From the human T2T-CHM13v2.0 reference genome, Homo sapiens: 64,000 nucleotides of DNA. Both the position numbers and the translations under genes were made by a program. The stretch lies in the NCBI RefSeq assembly GCF_009914755.1, contig NC_060940.1. One strand, 5' to 3'. Shown here in pieces: positions 1 to 16,419 of the stretch; the first letter of the stretch is position 1; each line of letters opens with the position of its first letter. The notes under the pieces were generated by a model. The model made no database searches. It was not told the origin of the DNA and was given only the letters and a program-made list of their open reading frames with translations.

Positions 1-718
1 TCAGGAAACTTAGACCAATATATGGGAGGCATCAAAAGATGGCTCCATTCTGGGAAGCCTTCAAAGGTTTCCGAGGCTAACAGTGACATGATGCTGGTGA
101 TATTACAGGCAGATTAGTCTAGTGGGCAGTGTCTACAATGGATTTGAGTTGTTCTTGCTTGAGGCAAAGGGATGTACCTAGAGAAAAGCATTGTTCCTGA
201 AATGAGGTGATGTAAGCATGCATCTGACAGAGCAGTTATAATAGAAAAGACGTGAATTTCAGAGGACTTCTAAGTTGACAGAACTTTGTAATCAATTGGT
301 TTGGAGGATGAAGAAGAGGAACGAGCCAAGAGTGATTCTCTGATATCAAACCCAGAAACAAGTGGACATTTGGAGGCTCCAAAACCAATTTGAGTATGGG
401 AAGAGGTTTTAAAGATACAGCCATGTAAATTAGCTATTGGGAAGACCTAAAGTGCACAACATTCTTCTGGCTGTGAAAATTATGAAATTATTCCCCAAAG
501 GACTACTTAGATCATTATGTCTGCTCAGTCATCTGAAATATATTGATATCCAAAGTACACATCCAGTAATTAAAAGGAAAAAGAATCCAAACAGTTTGTT
601 GATTTTGATATTTTGTTATGGGTTAGTAATTGCCTTGACTATCTTCTTGCAGAGCTTGTAGTTAAAGGCTTGCTTATTTCTTCATCAAGTAACAGCTGAA
701 TTTCTTCTTTCTTCCTAT

Positions 719-1138
719 TGATATAGTTTAGATACTTGTCCCCCTAAATCTCATGCTGAAGTATGGTCCCCATTGTTGGAGGTAGGGTTTGGTGGGAGGT
801 GTTTGGGTCCTGGGGATGGATCCCTCATGGCTTGGTGCTGTCCATGATCTCATGGACAGTGAGTGGGGTCTCACAAAATCTGGTTGTTTAAAAGTGTGGC
901 ATCTCCCTCCCCTCCACTCGATCTCTCTTGTGCCTGCTCTGGCCATGTGACATAACCGCTCCTGCTTCACCTTCTGCCATGAGCAAAAGCTCTCTGAGGC
1001 CTCCCCAGAAGCCAAGCATATTCCAGTATCAAGCCTCCTGTCCAGCCTGCAGAACCATGAGTCAATTAAACCTCTTTTCTTTATAAATTACCCAGTCTCA
1101 AGTATTCCTTTATAGCAATGCAAGAATGTTCTCACACA
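719..1138 (+). mobile_element. MaLR solo LTR (MSTA/MSTB-like)
   Basis: Starts TGATATAGTTT and ends ...CACA. Carries the MST motif 'caattaaacctcttttctttataaattacccagtctc'. Perfect 5-bp TSD CCTAT (714-718, 1139-1143). Confidence 0.9.
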
Positions 1139-1542
1139 CCTATTTAGGTTAAAAGGTTTTCTTATCATCTTGGTTTTCAGAAATGGACAAATTGCCAAGG
1201 GCCTGTCAATTCTGGACTGACATTTTTTCACCTGCTTGAAGAGATACTGTTTTCTCTTAAGAACTAGTGATTTTCTTCAGTTGTGTGACTGACTTACATA
1301 ATACTAGCAGAATTGGCCACTTAGTGTCCAACAGAGAAATGAAGTTGAGACTGTGGGGCTGGGAAGTCTCTGGGGCAATAGCTTCAGGTTTGAAAAGTGA
1401 GGAGAAATGAAGCAAAAAAATAAAAACACTGTACCTTTTGTCAAACCCTTTGCTTAGATCAAGGAATCTAGATTTGGCCAAAAGGTTGAATTTAATGCAT
1501 ACAGTTGTGTGGTATAAATTTGTCTTTGTAAAGGTCAGACTT

Positions 1543-1840
1543 GTCCAGACACAGTGGTTCATGCCTGTAATCTCAGCACTTTGGGAGGCTGACACAGGAG
1601 GACCCTTGAGGCCAGAAGTTCAAGACCAGCCTGGGCAATATAACGAGACCCTGCCTCTACAAAAAAGAGACAACTTAACAGGGTGTGGTGGTTCATGCCT
1701 GTAATACCAGCTATATGGGAGGCTGAGGTAGGAGTATTGCTTAAGCCCAAAAGTTCAAGGCTGCAGGGAACTATGATCATGCCATGTACTCCAGGCTGGG
1801 CCACCGAGCAAGACCCAGTCTCTTAAAATAAATAAATAAA
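1543..1840 (+). mobile_element. Alu SINE (AluJ-like), dimeric
   Basis: Both Alu arms present, J-type 'ttcaaggctgcag', (TAAA)n tail, degenerate TSD aaaggtcagact/aaagctcagatt. Confidence 0.93.
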
Positions 1841-4639
1841 GCTCAGATTCATCCCATTCCAGGGAATAGGGAAAGTTCCACATTGATCAGAACTGAGTCC
1901 TGTAAGCTCCAAACAATATGACTCGCCTTTAAAGTCCTTCTGACGATACCTTTCCAAGTGTCTGACTTATGATGTGTTCCTTGTTGTATAGACTTGTACG
2001 TACCTGGGCTATGTAAGTATCACTTCTGAGGGTACAGGTAGGAGGGTTGCTGCGAGGGCCCACTGTCACTTCGGGAAAGTGTAGCAGTACTTGCCAAATT
2101 TAAAAGCCATTGAAACAACTGAAAATAAAAATTAAAGGTGGTTATTTCCCCCATTACTGAAAGGTATATGTGAAATCTTGCATTTACTTTTTTTTAAATA
2201 GACTTTAAACATTGATTTTCCTTTCTCTGGGAAGGCAGATGTTTGTGTAACCAGGAAAGAAAGCTGCTCTCAACAGCAGTTTTCTAATAAAAGGCCTACT
2301 TGCTTTTCCATTTTAAAACCAGTGTTTAAGAGCTTTATGATTCTAAAATGAAAAGAATTCCCTTGCTATACAAGGAAAAGGAAGAGTGATGGAATATTTT
2401 TGCAAGAAAAACGTACCTTAATTTGCCACCTTACAAGTAGCCTGTTGGCATGAGTACATTGGAATGAGGAAGCTTTTATTAGGAAATAATCATTTCCAGT
2501 TCTGTTATAGTCATTATCCCAAAAGTTTCCCAAATTCTGTGTACAGTAGTGTGTCCTGGAACCTGTTTAGTCACACGTGGGGAATGAACTGAGCTTTTGA
2601 GACCAATAGGATGGTGTGAACATAAGACCAGGTAATAGAGCTGTTCTCCTAGTAGTTTTAGGGTCTTAAAAGGGGTCATTAATGCTTTCAAGTCACAAAA
2701 CAATCTTTAAAGTTCTGGAACTATACTTTCCTACAATCATATTTCACATTTGCACATAAGTTAGCTTGAATGAATGTTTAATAAAAAGCTGGCTACATTC
2801 ACAATGTTGCGCAAAAATAAAATAAAAAATTAAAGCTGGTCTCTGTAACTACTTATATGAGGTTCTCAGCCCCCACTGACAGTGTGTGTTTTAGGGAAGG
2901 AAGCACATTGAGTCACTAGCAAAACATAATTGGGAAAGTGCATCCCTTCCAAACTAATGATGTATGGTCACTACTCTAAATAAATAGGGGTTGGGATTAT
3001 CCATTTTGATAACCTGTTTTGTGTGCTGTAACTGTTCAGTTTAGAAAATACAGAGTTGATTCCAAATTTTTCCTGCTGGTTTGAAAGAATTCATACATCT
3101 TTCAAAGTGTGACTGATATTCAGCAAGGAAGTGCCTTACTAGTTGAACAGGATCTGATTTGTCATTCTTGTTTTTGCTGTAAAGCAAAATCTACTTTTAG
3201 TTAAATCAGTAATTTACAGGTATATAAACTAAAGCATCAAGAAAACAGCAAAGAAGTTTTTTCCAAGATCATTCACATCCAGAAATGAAATGAAACCCCT
3301 AAGAGGCTCCTTCTTCATTTTGATGGGGCCATTGTGGTTCTGGCCCCTCAGTTTGGTTGAGGGCAACATGCGGAGTATCTCAGCTGAACACAGATCCTTC
3401 ATTTGATGTCCTGTCTAAACGTGACTTCACAAAGATCTTTTAGTCAGACACTGGATAGCAGAACTCCTCCCCTGGGAGAAAAGGTCTTTAAGGTATTTTG
3501 AGGGGAGGAGAAGGGTTAAGAGGTCTAATCCATAACTCTAAATCCCCATGCTTGGAGGAGCTCATTGACATTGTCGGTTTTAAGGGCTCCTTTGGAGCCA
3601 TTATGGTGTGTCACGCTGAGACCCACTGGAGAACACTTAATTGTAGATCATTGTCCCAGTGTGTTTCAAGGCCTTTTCAGGGTTTTGACAAAGCAGCCTC
3701 CTCCGCCACTTACGGGAAACCTTGGGAAAGTTTCGATACTGACAAACCCAAGAATATTCTTCAGGTTTGTGCTTTTAAATTAAATAACTAGAATTATCAG
3801 AGGTTTTTCTGTCTTCCTTTCACCCCCTTCCTCTTGAAATGAAACCTCAACTGGACATAGACCCCCTGGCTGCTGGATATGTGTTGGCTACATTTCTTTC
3901 CTTTTCTAATTTCTTTGGTTTTGAGGTCGGGATTTTGTTTTTGTTGGTGGCAGAGGTGGTATAATGAGCAAACACAGTTATCACATGCAGAGCCTGTAAG
4001 CTTTGATTTCAAAATGTAATCGAAATCACATCATTTCATGTGGAACCAATTTCTCCTTGCCTCCTTCCCCTGAGGAGTGAAGGAAATATCTCTGGTATAT
4101 CGTTAAATACCTGATAGATTAGACCTTCAGATAGGTTGGTGGATTAAGGCAAAGCACAAAAAAAGCTCATGTTTTCAACTGTCTATCCTATTTTAAGGTT
4201 CCTATTGGCCCTCAGTATTCTGAATTTACCACATTAGTCCTAATCTAATATTTAGCCCCATAATGTTTTAAACATTTTGACCAGACTCAGTTCCCAGCTT
4301 CCATGTTGCCTATCTCTGTTAACATCTCTGCATGCATACGAGGGTGTTCATTACGGCTGGATTGAGGGAAAACCACCAAAAAACCAATTCCCATTTCTTG
4401 GGCCTGGGAATCCGGGGCCCTAACAGTGAGCTCAGAATGAATTGAGAGAATCCCTCTGGGTCATAAAGATAGACTGCAGGGTCAAAACTCAAAACCTTGA
4501 GGTTCTTTTTGCTTAAAATTCCAAACTCAATCAAAAATGAGTTCATTTCTAAAAATGCTGCAATGCCTTCTCATGGTTTTTCCACACTGTAAAACAGAAG
4601 TTAAACTCTAGGGTCAGAAATAGTTAACAAAGAGAGCCT

Positions 4640-4760
4640 TTGTGCTAAGCAGGAGTCTGTGGATTGAGTTCTGGCTCAGCCAGTATATTTCTGTGTCATT
4701 TGGCTTTTTATAAGCTCATTGCCTCAGTTTCTCTTCCATAAATGGAGGCAATAATATTAT
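4640..4760 (+). mobile_element. MIR fragment
   Basis: Degenerate MIR core 'gcctcagtttctcttccataaatggaggcaataata'. Boundaries approximate. Confidence 0.55.
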
Positions 4761-6513
4761 TGCATTTCTATCTTCTAAAATTACCAAGAGGTATAGATGT
4801 GTAGTAATACAGAGGACACTTATGAAGACTGTTAACTGTGAGTCCTTTTTGCTATGTGAGATATACCAGTAAAATAAGGGACATGATTGTTTTGGTAGGA
4901 CTCTGTACGGATACAGGATAGCTCATTGAACCCGATCTCAGGAATTATAGATTAGAAAGTTGTCAGTCTTTGATTTCTGCATCTCCCCGTGTGTCCACTT
5001 GCTCCCCTCTTTCAGCAAACCAACTGCCACTGTATCTTTGGGCCACGTGACCAAAAAGATGGTTACCAGTGGGTTTTGAGTTTTCATGTCTCAGGTCCAA
5101 CAACCTGGGTAGAGACAGAATCTCTTTAGGATCTCAATTCCAGATTCCCAGGGAGAGAATTCTGATTGTTTCACCCACTTCTGGAACTAACAGCTGTGGC
5201 TAGGGAGTTCAGGCCACCCCGAGCGAGCATGGCTGCCTGGAACCTGCTACTTAAATCATATGCATATTGGGGAGGTCAGTTCCCAAAAATGGAGAATGTG
5301 GCACACATCCAATGTATTTCCACTGGACCACTCCTTTAAAGAGTAAGTTGAAGTACCCAGAGTTCTTTGTATTCCTCAGAAGAAAGTTGCTTTAAGGAAT
5401 AAACATAAAACTTTAAAGCAGGAAGGGATTTAAAGTTCACCCAACTCTACCCTCCTTGTCACGTTGATGAAACTAAGGCAAATGAAAGAGATTAGTTTTC
5501 CAGAGGTCCTAAAGCTACTTAATAGCATCCAGTGCTCATGCTTTTAGTTAAGAGCATCTAGTGTATCTTTTATTCAGTTTTCTTCTGCCATCTCACAGTT
5601 GTGCGTATTTCAGATGTCATTTTTTCCTATTGCCTAGACGTGTTTCAATTATAAGAGATTTATATTTATAGTCTCTCATTTAATAGGTGGTTTAAATTTT
5701 ATAGACTCTTCTACTTTAGAAAAACATAGATAGTATTTACAAAGACAACATAGAAACATGGAGAAATGCATATGATATACCATTACATGGAAAAAGCAAA
5801 TGAATGCTTATATATAGTCATTATGTTAAAAAATATGTAAAAATTACGTATGCATATATCAACTAGGCTTGTTAGAATAGTAGTATTACGTGTAACTTTA
5901 AATTTTCCTTAACACCATCATTAAATTATTTTAGCAGTTAATTTTAGAAAACATATTTAATACAAATACACCCTACACTACTTCTCATCTTAGAGCTACC
6001 TGAACCTGTATACCTAATGTTCTTGTGCAGGAAGGTGAACTTTCTCTAATGTAAGCCATATATATTTTGGGCACAGCTGGAACCTTTATTCCGGCAGTGA
6101 ACACATTGAAAATGGAGTCCTCATAGCTGTGGCTAAAGCTGCATTAAATTATGATCTTAGTAGAGACTTGGCCCCAGACAGGATGACCCACTAGAGGCAA
6201 TAATCAGAGGATAAGATGTTTTCAAGCATGAGTAGAGTCAGACTCTAGGAGCTGGGAAGAACCTTACCTCCTGTAACCTGACCCTTGTGGGCTTCAGAAC
6301 TGGCAGTGGAAGCATAGAACGTTTCCAGTGTTTAGAGGTGGAACTTGGCTAAAGTACAGAGAGAGGACTCTCAGTGAAGTTCCTTCTGCTGCCATAGCAG
6401 CTGCATTGTGATTATGCCCAACCTGGAAAGTGCCTCCCCCACCTTCCCAGGAGCCTCACTGTCTACCTCTGATGGCCAAAGCTGGGGAGAAAATCAGTGT
6501 CTCAGATACCATC

Positions 6514-6933
6514 TGCTATGGTTTGGATGTGTGTCCCCTCCAAATTGCATGTTGAAATGTGACCCCCATTGTTGGAGGGAGGCCTAGTGGAGGCTGTTTG
6601 GGTCATCTGGGTGGATCCCTCATGAATGGCTTCACACTGTCCTTGCAGTAATGAGTGAGTTCTCACTCTATTAGTTCATGAGAGAGCTTGTTGTTTAAAG
6701 AGCCTGGCACCTCTCCCCTCTCTCTCTTGTTCCCTCTTTCGCCATGGGACATGCCTGTACCCTCTTCGCCTTCTGCCATAAGTAAAAGCTTCCTGCGGCC
6801 TCATCAGAAGCCAAGTAGATGCTGGTGCCATGTTTGTACAGCCTGTAGAACCATAAGCCAAATTAACCTCTTTTCTTTGTAAACTATCCAGTCTCAGGTA
6901 TTCCTTTATAACAACACAAAATAAACTAATACA
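6514..6933 (+). mobile_element. MaLR solo LTR (MSTB-like)
   Basis: TGCTATGGTTTGG start and ...ACTAATACA end, MST internal motifs, near-perfect TSD ccatc/tcatc. Confidence 0.9.
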
Positions 6934-8479
6934 TCATCTGACTTTGAATCTGCCCTCATGTAAATACATCTGTTCACATGTAAAGCAAGACAGGGACACA
7001 AGAGCAGCCAGCAGGGCTTGTAGGGGCAGGAGCAACCCGAGAGGTGGGCGGCCTCCTGTTAACACTGCTTTCTTTTTCTCCTTGAAAAAGGCAAACTGGG
7101 TTTTCAAGGAGAATGAGAATTTCAGGGAAGGGATCAGAGAGAGCGGGCACTACATGTGCCACATCTGTCAGATGTCTTCAAACCATTAACTCCCAGACCC
7201 CAGGAAGCTGCTGCTCTTTCTAGCATTTTCTAGAGCATCTAGCAGAGCACTAAGTGGTAGTGGCTTAATGATATAATGTTTTGTGAACTTTGATGAGGAG
7301 GGAGATTTTCTCAAGAGCAACTTCAGAGGTGCCTATACTTCTCTGTTTCAGAGTGGATATAGAGGGGTGGAAGAAGGAGGCCAAGATACTTTGCTTTCTG
7401 CAAGAAGCTATAGAGATCAAGAAGGAAACATAGGGATGGAGGTAGGATTTCTACCTATGAAGAGTTATCAAGCATTTAAGTCCTATAGGGCCCATGTGGC
7501 CCATTCATTCATTGACCAGTTTATTCATCCACTGATGTTTTTCATTCAACAGACTACTACTAAGCATCTTCGACTATGCTAAGTCCTGAGCAGACAGTGA
7601 AGAACTAGAAAGACATGGCCCTGCCCTCATGAAGATTACAAGTTAGGCCTATTCTCCACACTTGTTCTAACTCAATCTGCTACATATACCTTGAGTACCC
7701 AGTATGTGTTAGGTACTAAAAGGAGCTACAAAGATGAACCAGACACAGTCTTCAAGAACTTCAGGGATCAGGGAAGGTTTATCCTGATTGTAATCCCTCC
7801 AGAGGTTTTGATCATTTCTCTAATCACTTATTAGGCCTCTTGCTTCCTGTAGGAATTTGTTCTCTATATTGGATTGAAATCTGCCTGTTCTAATTTCAAC
7901 TTCCTTTCTTCTGGCCCTGGCTAGTCCTCAGTGTACAGAATTGCCATTGGTACCTGCTGGTCAAGGCCAAGTGTTGTGAGCCAAGGTTTCTAACCTTGGC
8001 TGCAGTTACACTTAACTGCTCCTCTCCGAAGCTGGATTTAGCAGAGATTTGATGGAAGCCCTGCAAACCTCGATTCAAATCAAAGTTCAAACCTAGTGAC
8101 TGGTTGAGTGAACTGCTTTAATAATAACAGTGCAAAAATTGAATTTAAAATAATCCTTTTAGGGATGCAAGATGCAGTGGTTTAGCCTTTTATTAATATT
8201 CTTTTCTTTCCACTAATAAAGGTTTTAAGTCAACATCTCCTTAAATTTGATTAATTCCATTAGGATCACTCCAAAAAAAGGTTTATCAGTGGCTTTGAAA
8301 TCCAAATGGGATGAAGAAAAAATCATTTATATGGCAAAATCTCAGTTACACTAACTAGATTAAAGACCTTCTGCTGAATTAAAGAAAAAATCAACACACA
8401 GATTATTTGAAACAAATGTAAATATGCAACTTTTAAGCACATAGAGAAATCTACCCTAAAGTTGATGTTTTTTCAAGTT

Positions 8480-8850
8480 CTCTTGGAGCTTACATTCCAG
8501 TGGGAGAAACCTGTGTTAAACAAATACATAGAAGACAATTTCAGATTGTGAGCTAGGAAATCAGGGTAGAGGAATGGGTAATATTAGAGAGATCGGGGAG
8601 GCTTCTCTGAGAGGTGACATTTGAGCTGAGATCTGAAAGACCAAGCCACAGTCACATGAAGACATGGAGTTAGCGTTACATGCAGAGCAAACGGTTAAGT
8701 GCAAAGTCCCTGAGGCTGGAACGGGCTTAATGTCGTGGAGAAACAGGAAGAGAGTGGAGGAGTGATGCGAGATGAGAATAGTCAGAGAGGAAGGTAGGGC
8801 CATAGGAAGAAGTTTTGATTTTTATTCCAAGCACAGAGAATACTTTAGAA
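8480..8850 (-). mobile_element. L2 LINE 3' fragment
   Basis: L2-like text such as 'gagcttacattccagtggg', 'gaggtgacatttgagctgagatctgaa' and 'gcaaagtccctgaggctggaa'. Boundaries approximate. Confidence 0.65.
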
Positions 8851-9116
8851 AGCTAAACACTGACTTTTAAAAGCCATCAACAAAGGAAAAATATGCCTAA
8901 GGTGTGTGTTTTATATGGGACCGAAGAAGAAAATACCGAGGCTTCTCCCCATTTTATTCTTCCACATTGAGTGTACAGCTATTAGTAAAATGAAATATTA
9001 TTTGCAAAAATGCTTTGAAAATGTTAAAGTACTATTCTCCTTAAATTTAAGAATATTGTCCTGGAAAGATTTAAAATGACTAAGGGTACTATTACTTTAT
9101 CACAGAAGAATCATGC

Positions 9117-9462
9117 TGTGTTAGTCCATTCTCACAATGCTGTAAAGATGCTATCTGAGACTGAGTAATTTACAAAGGAAAGAGGTTTAACTGAGTCACA
9201 GTTCCTCATGGTGGGGACGCCTCAGGAAACTTACATCATGGTGGAAGGCGAAGGGAAAGCAAGACGGCAGGAGAGGGAGCACAGGGGGAAACCACCACTT
9301 TTAAACCATCAGATCTCGTGAGAACTCCCTCATTATCATGAGAACAGCATGGGGGAAACCGCCTCCATGATCCAATCACCTCCCACCACTCCCCTCCCTT
9401 GACACCTGGGGATTACAATTCCAGATGAGATTTGGGTGGAGACACAGAGCCAAACCATATCA
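9117..9462 (-). mobile_element. MaLR solo LTR (THE1-like)
   Basis: Reverse complement of the THE1 ends ('tgtgttagtccattctcac' to 'gagccaaaccatatca'). TSD catgc/catgt. Confidence 0.9.
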
Positions 9463-10087
9463 CATGTTAAACTTTAAGCAAACTCTCCCTAGTAGACCCA
9501 CCTAGCGATTCAAAGAAATACATGGCTATGAGGATTCCGTTGCCATTTTCCTTATCTCATATAGGTCTAAGGAAGGAAGATTTCCACTGTTTAGACCGGA
9601 AGACCCTGAGGACAGTATCCTTTCTGACTGCCCTGCTGTCATATGAGTCCATAGGGGGCAAAGGTGAGGCTTTCCTGGGCTTGTGATTCCCAGGATGTCT
9701 CCACTTCTAGGGCCACATTAGCTAAATGGTAATTATGAAAATATCCAGGGCAAGAAGCTAATAAATAAGAACTGACAGGTATTGCATAGTAAGGAATTGT
9801 TGTGCACGCTGGCTCTTCTGCAAGACACACGATGGAGGTTGAGAGTGTCTAACAATCCTCCTGAAACGTGCTGCCCGATGTGCTGATGATACAAAAGGAA
9901 ACCTGCTCGAATAGAAGAGCACGGGAGAAGATTGATGTCCTGCGGATGGCTGTTCCTATTGTCGTGGATCCCTGGGATGTTTCTGAGAGCTTTCTTGTGA
10001 CCTTCGGTTTCTAAATGTAGAACCTGGCTGTGATCTCTGGGAAAGAGAAAGGAATATGTCCTAGGTTTGTCCAATGGTATCAGGAAT

Positions 10088-10104
10088 AAAGAAGCTAAGA
10101 TTTG
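10088..10104 (+). repeat. 5' copy of L1 target-site duplication (AAAGAAGCTAAGATTTG)
   Basis: Identical 17-mer at 16276-16292. The final G is ambiguous with the L1 5' G. Target reads AT/AAAG, resembling the L1 endonuclease TT/AAAA consensus. Confidence 0.95.
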
Positions 10105-11006
10105 GAGGAGCCAAGATGGCCGAATAGGATCAGCTCCGGTCTACAGCTCCCAGCGTGAGTGATGCAGAAGACGGGTGATTTCTGCATTTCCATCTGAGGT
10201 ACCGGGTTCATCTCACTAGGGAGTGCCAGACAGTGGGCGCAGGCCAGTGTGTGTGCGCACCATGCGCGAGCCAAAGCAGGGCGAGGCATTGCCTCACCTG
10301 GGAAGCGCAAGGGGTCAGGGAGTTCCCTTTCCGAGTCAAAGAAAGGGGTGACGGACGCACCTGGAAAATCGGGTCACTCCCACCCGAATATTGCGCTTTT
10401 CAGACCGGCTTAAGAAACGGCGCACCACGAGACTATATCCCACACCTGGCTCAGAGGGTCCTACGCCCACGGAATCTCGCTGATTGCTAGCACAGCAGTC
10501 TGAGATCAAACTGCAAGACGGCAACGAGGCTGGGGGAGGGGCGCCCGCCATTGCCCAGGCTTGCTTAGGTAAACAAAGCAGCCGGGAAGCTCGAACTGGG
10601 TGGAGCCCACCACAGCTCAAGGAGGCCTGCCTGCCTTTGTAGGCTCCACCTCTGGGGGCAGGGCACAGACAAACAAAAAGACAGCAGTAACCTCTGCAGA
10701 CTTAAGTGTCCCTGTCTGACAGCTTTGAAGAGAGCAGTGGTTCTCCCAGCACGCAGCTGGAGATCTGAGAACGGGCAGACTGCCTCCTCAAGTGGGTCCC
10801 TGACCCCTGACCCCCGAGCAGCCTAACTGGGAGGCACCCCCCAGCAGGGGCACACTGACACCTCACACGGCAGGGTATTCCAACAGACCTGCAGCTGAGG
10901 GTCCTGTCTGTTAGAAGGAAAACTAACAACCAGAAAGGACATCTACACCGAAAACCCATCTGTACATCACCATCATCAAAGACCAAAAGTAGATAAAACC
11001 ACAAAG
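10104..11006 (+). promoter_or_regulatory. L1 5' UTR internal sense promoter and antisense promoter (CpG-rich)
   Basis: YY1 site AAGATGGCC intact at 10113-10121. SOX-type AACAAA motifs near 10572 and 10672. CpG-dense with a few CpG decays. Confidence 0.9.
10336..10551 (-). CDS. ORF0: L1 ORF0 (71 aa, antisense in 5' UTR)
   Basis: MAGAPPPASL...SRCVRHPFL lies within the 10336..10620 ORF-track entry and matches primate L1 ORF0 in length and position. Confidence 0.85.
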   Translation of the reverse strand: MAGAPPPASLPSCSLISDCCASNQRDSVGVGPSEPGVGYSLVVRRFLSRSEKRNIRVGVTRFSRCVRHPFL

Positions 11007-12023
11007 ATGGGGAAAAAACAGAACAGAAAAACTGGAAACTCTAAAACGCAGAGCGCCTCTCCTCCTCCAAAGGAACGCAGTTCCTCACCAGCAACAGAAC
11101 AAAGCTGGATGGAGAATGATTTTGACGAGCTGAGAGAAGAAGGCTTCAGACGATCAAATTACTCTGAGCTACGGGAGGACATTCAAACCAAAGGCAAAGA
11201 AGTTGAAAACTTTGAAAAAAATTTAGAAGAATGTATAACTAGAATAACCAATACAGAGAAGTGCTTAAAGGAGCTGATGGAGCTGAAAACCAAGGCTCGA
11301 GAACTACGTGAAGAATGCAGAAGCCTCAGGAGCCGATGCGATCAACTGGAAGAAAGGGTATCAGCAATGGAAGATGAAATGAATGAAATGAAGCGAGAAG
11401 GGAAGTTTAGAGAAAAAAGAATAAAAAGAAATGAGCAAAGCCTCCAAGAAATATGGGACTATGTGAAAAGACCAAATCTACGTCTGATTGGTGTACCTGA
11501 AAGTGATGTGGAGAATGGAACCAAGTTGGAAAACACTCTGCAGGATATTATCCAGGAGAACTTCCCCAATCTAGCAAGGCAGGCCAACGTTCAGATTCAG
11601 GAAATACAGAGAACGCCACAAAGATACTCCTCGAGAAGAGCAACTCCAAGACACATAATTGTCAGATTCACCAAAGTTGAAATGAAGGAAAAAATGTTAA
11701 GGGCAGCCAGAGAGAAAGGTCGGGTTACCCTCAAAGGAAAGCCCATCAGACTAACAGCGGATCTCTCGGCAGAAACCCTACAAGCCAGAAGAGAGTGGGG
11801 GCCAATATTCAACATTCTTAAAGAAAAGAATTTTCAACCCAGAATTTCATATCCAGCCAAACTAAGCTTCATAAGTGAAGGAGAAATAAAATACTTTATA
11901 GACAAGCAAATGCTGAGAGATTTTGTCACCACCAGGCCTGCCCTAAAAGAGCTCCTGAAGGAAGCGCTAAACATGGAAAGGAACAACCGGTACCAGCCGC
12001 TGCAAAATCATGCCAAAATGTAA
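11007..12023 (+). CDS. ORF1: L1 ORF1p RNA-binding protein / nucleic-acid chaperone, 338 aa, intact
   Basis: MGKKQNRKTG...NHAKM with coiled coil and intact REKG, ARR and YPAKLS motifs. Confidence 0.98.
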   Translation: MGKKQNRKTGNSKTQSASPPPKERSSSPATEQSWMENDFDELREEGFRRSNYSELREDIQTKGKEVENFEKNLEECITRITNTEKCLKELMELKTKARELREECRSLRSRCDQLEERVSAMEDEMNEMKREGKFREKRIKRNEQSLQEIWDYVKRPNLRLIGVPESDVENGTKLENTLQDIIQENFPNLARQANVQIQEIQRTPQRYSSRRATPRHIIVRFTKVEMKEKMLRAAREKGRVTLKGKPIRLTADLSAETLQARREWGPIFNILKEKNFQPRISYPAKLSFISEGEIKYFIDKQMLRDFVTTRPALKELLKEALNMERNNRYQPLQNHAKM

Positions 12024-12079
12024 AGACCATCGAGACTAGGAAGAAACTGCATCAACTAATGAGCAAAATCACCAGCTAA

Positions 12080-15910
<3,831 letters not shown>

Positions 15911-16151
15911 ACAATGAGATCACATGGACACAGGAAGGGGAATATCACACTCTGGGGACTGTGGTGGGGTCGGGGGAGGGGGGAGGGATAGCATTGGGAG
16001 ATATACCTAATGCTAGATGACATGTTAGTGGGTGCAGCGCACCAGCATGGCACATGTATACATATGTAACTAACCTGCACAATGTGGACATGTACCCTAA
16101 AACTTAGAGTATAATAAAAAAAAAAAAATTAAAAAAAAAAAAAAAAAAAAA

Positions 16152-16275
16152 GAATTTCCCTAAGTCAACAAGACAAGGTCTAATAAACTTCAGGTCTAAC
16201 AAAGACTTCTGCTGTTTAATGTAAAAAAAAATAAAAAATAAAAAATAAAAAAATAAAAATACTTGAAAAAAAAAA
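16152..16275 (+). other. L1 3' transduction with additional poly(A) tracts
   Basis: Non-L1 sequence lies between the L1 poly(A) and the 3' TSD. AATAAA at 16182-16187, A-rich tract 16223-16259, TACTTG, final poly(A) from 16266. Confidence 0.92.
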
Positions 16276-16292
16276 AAAGAAGCTAAGATTTG
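16276..16292 (+). repeat. 3' copy of L1 target-site duplication
   Basis: AAAGAAGCTAAGATTTG, identical to 10088-10104. Confidence 0.95.
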
Positions 16293-16419
16293 AGTTGCTT
16301 GGGTGGAGTAGGTACAAGTTGGTGATTACCATTCAGGTTGGCTGCCATCTGGGTAGGTCTCCCTTCATGGAAGGCCCCAGCAGGGAGGCTGTAATCATGT
16401 GCTCAGTGAAGGCAAAAGT

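Noticed and set aside
15961-15987. G-quadruplex-like G-run
   Set aside because: It is the standard polypurine tract of the L1 3' UTR.
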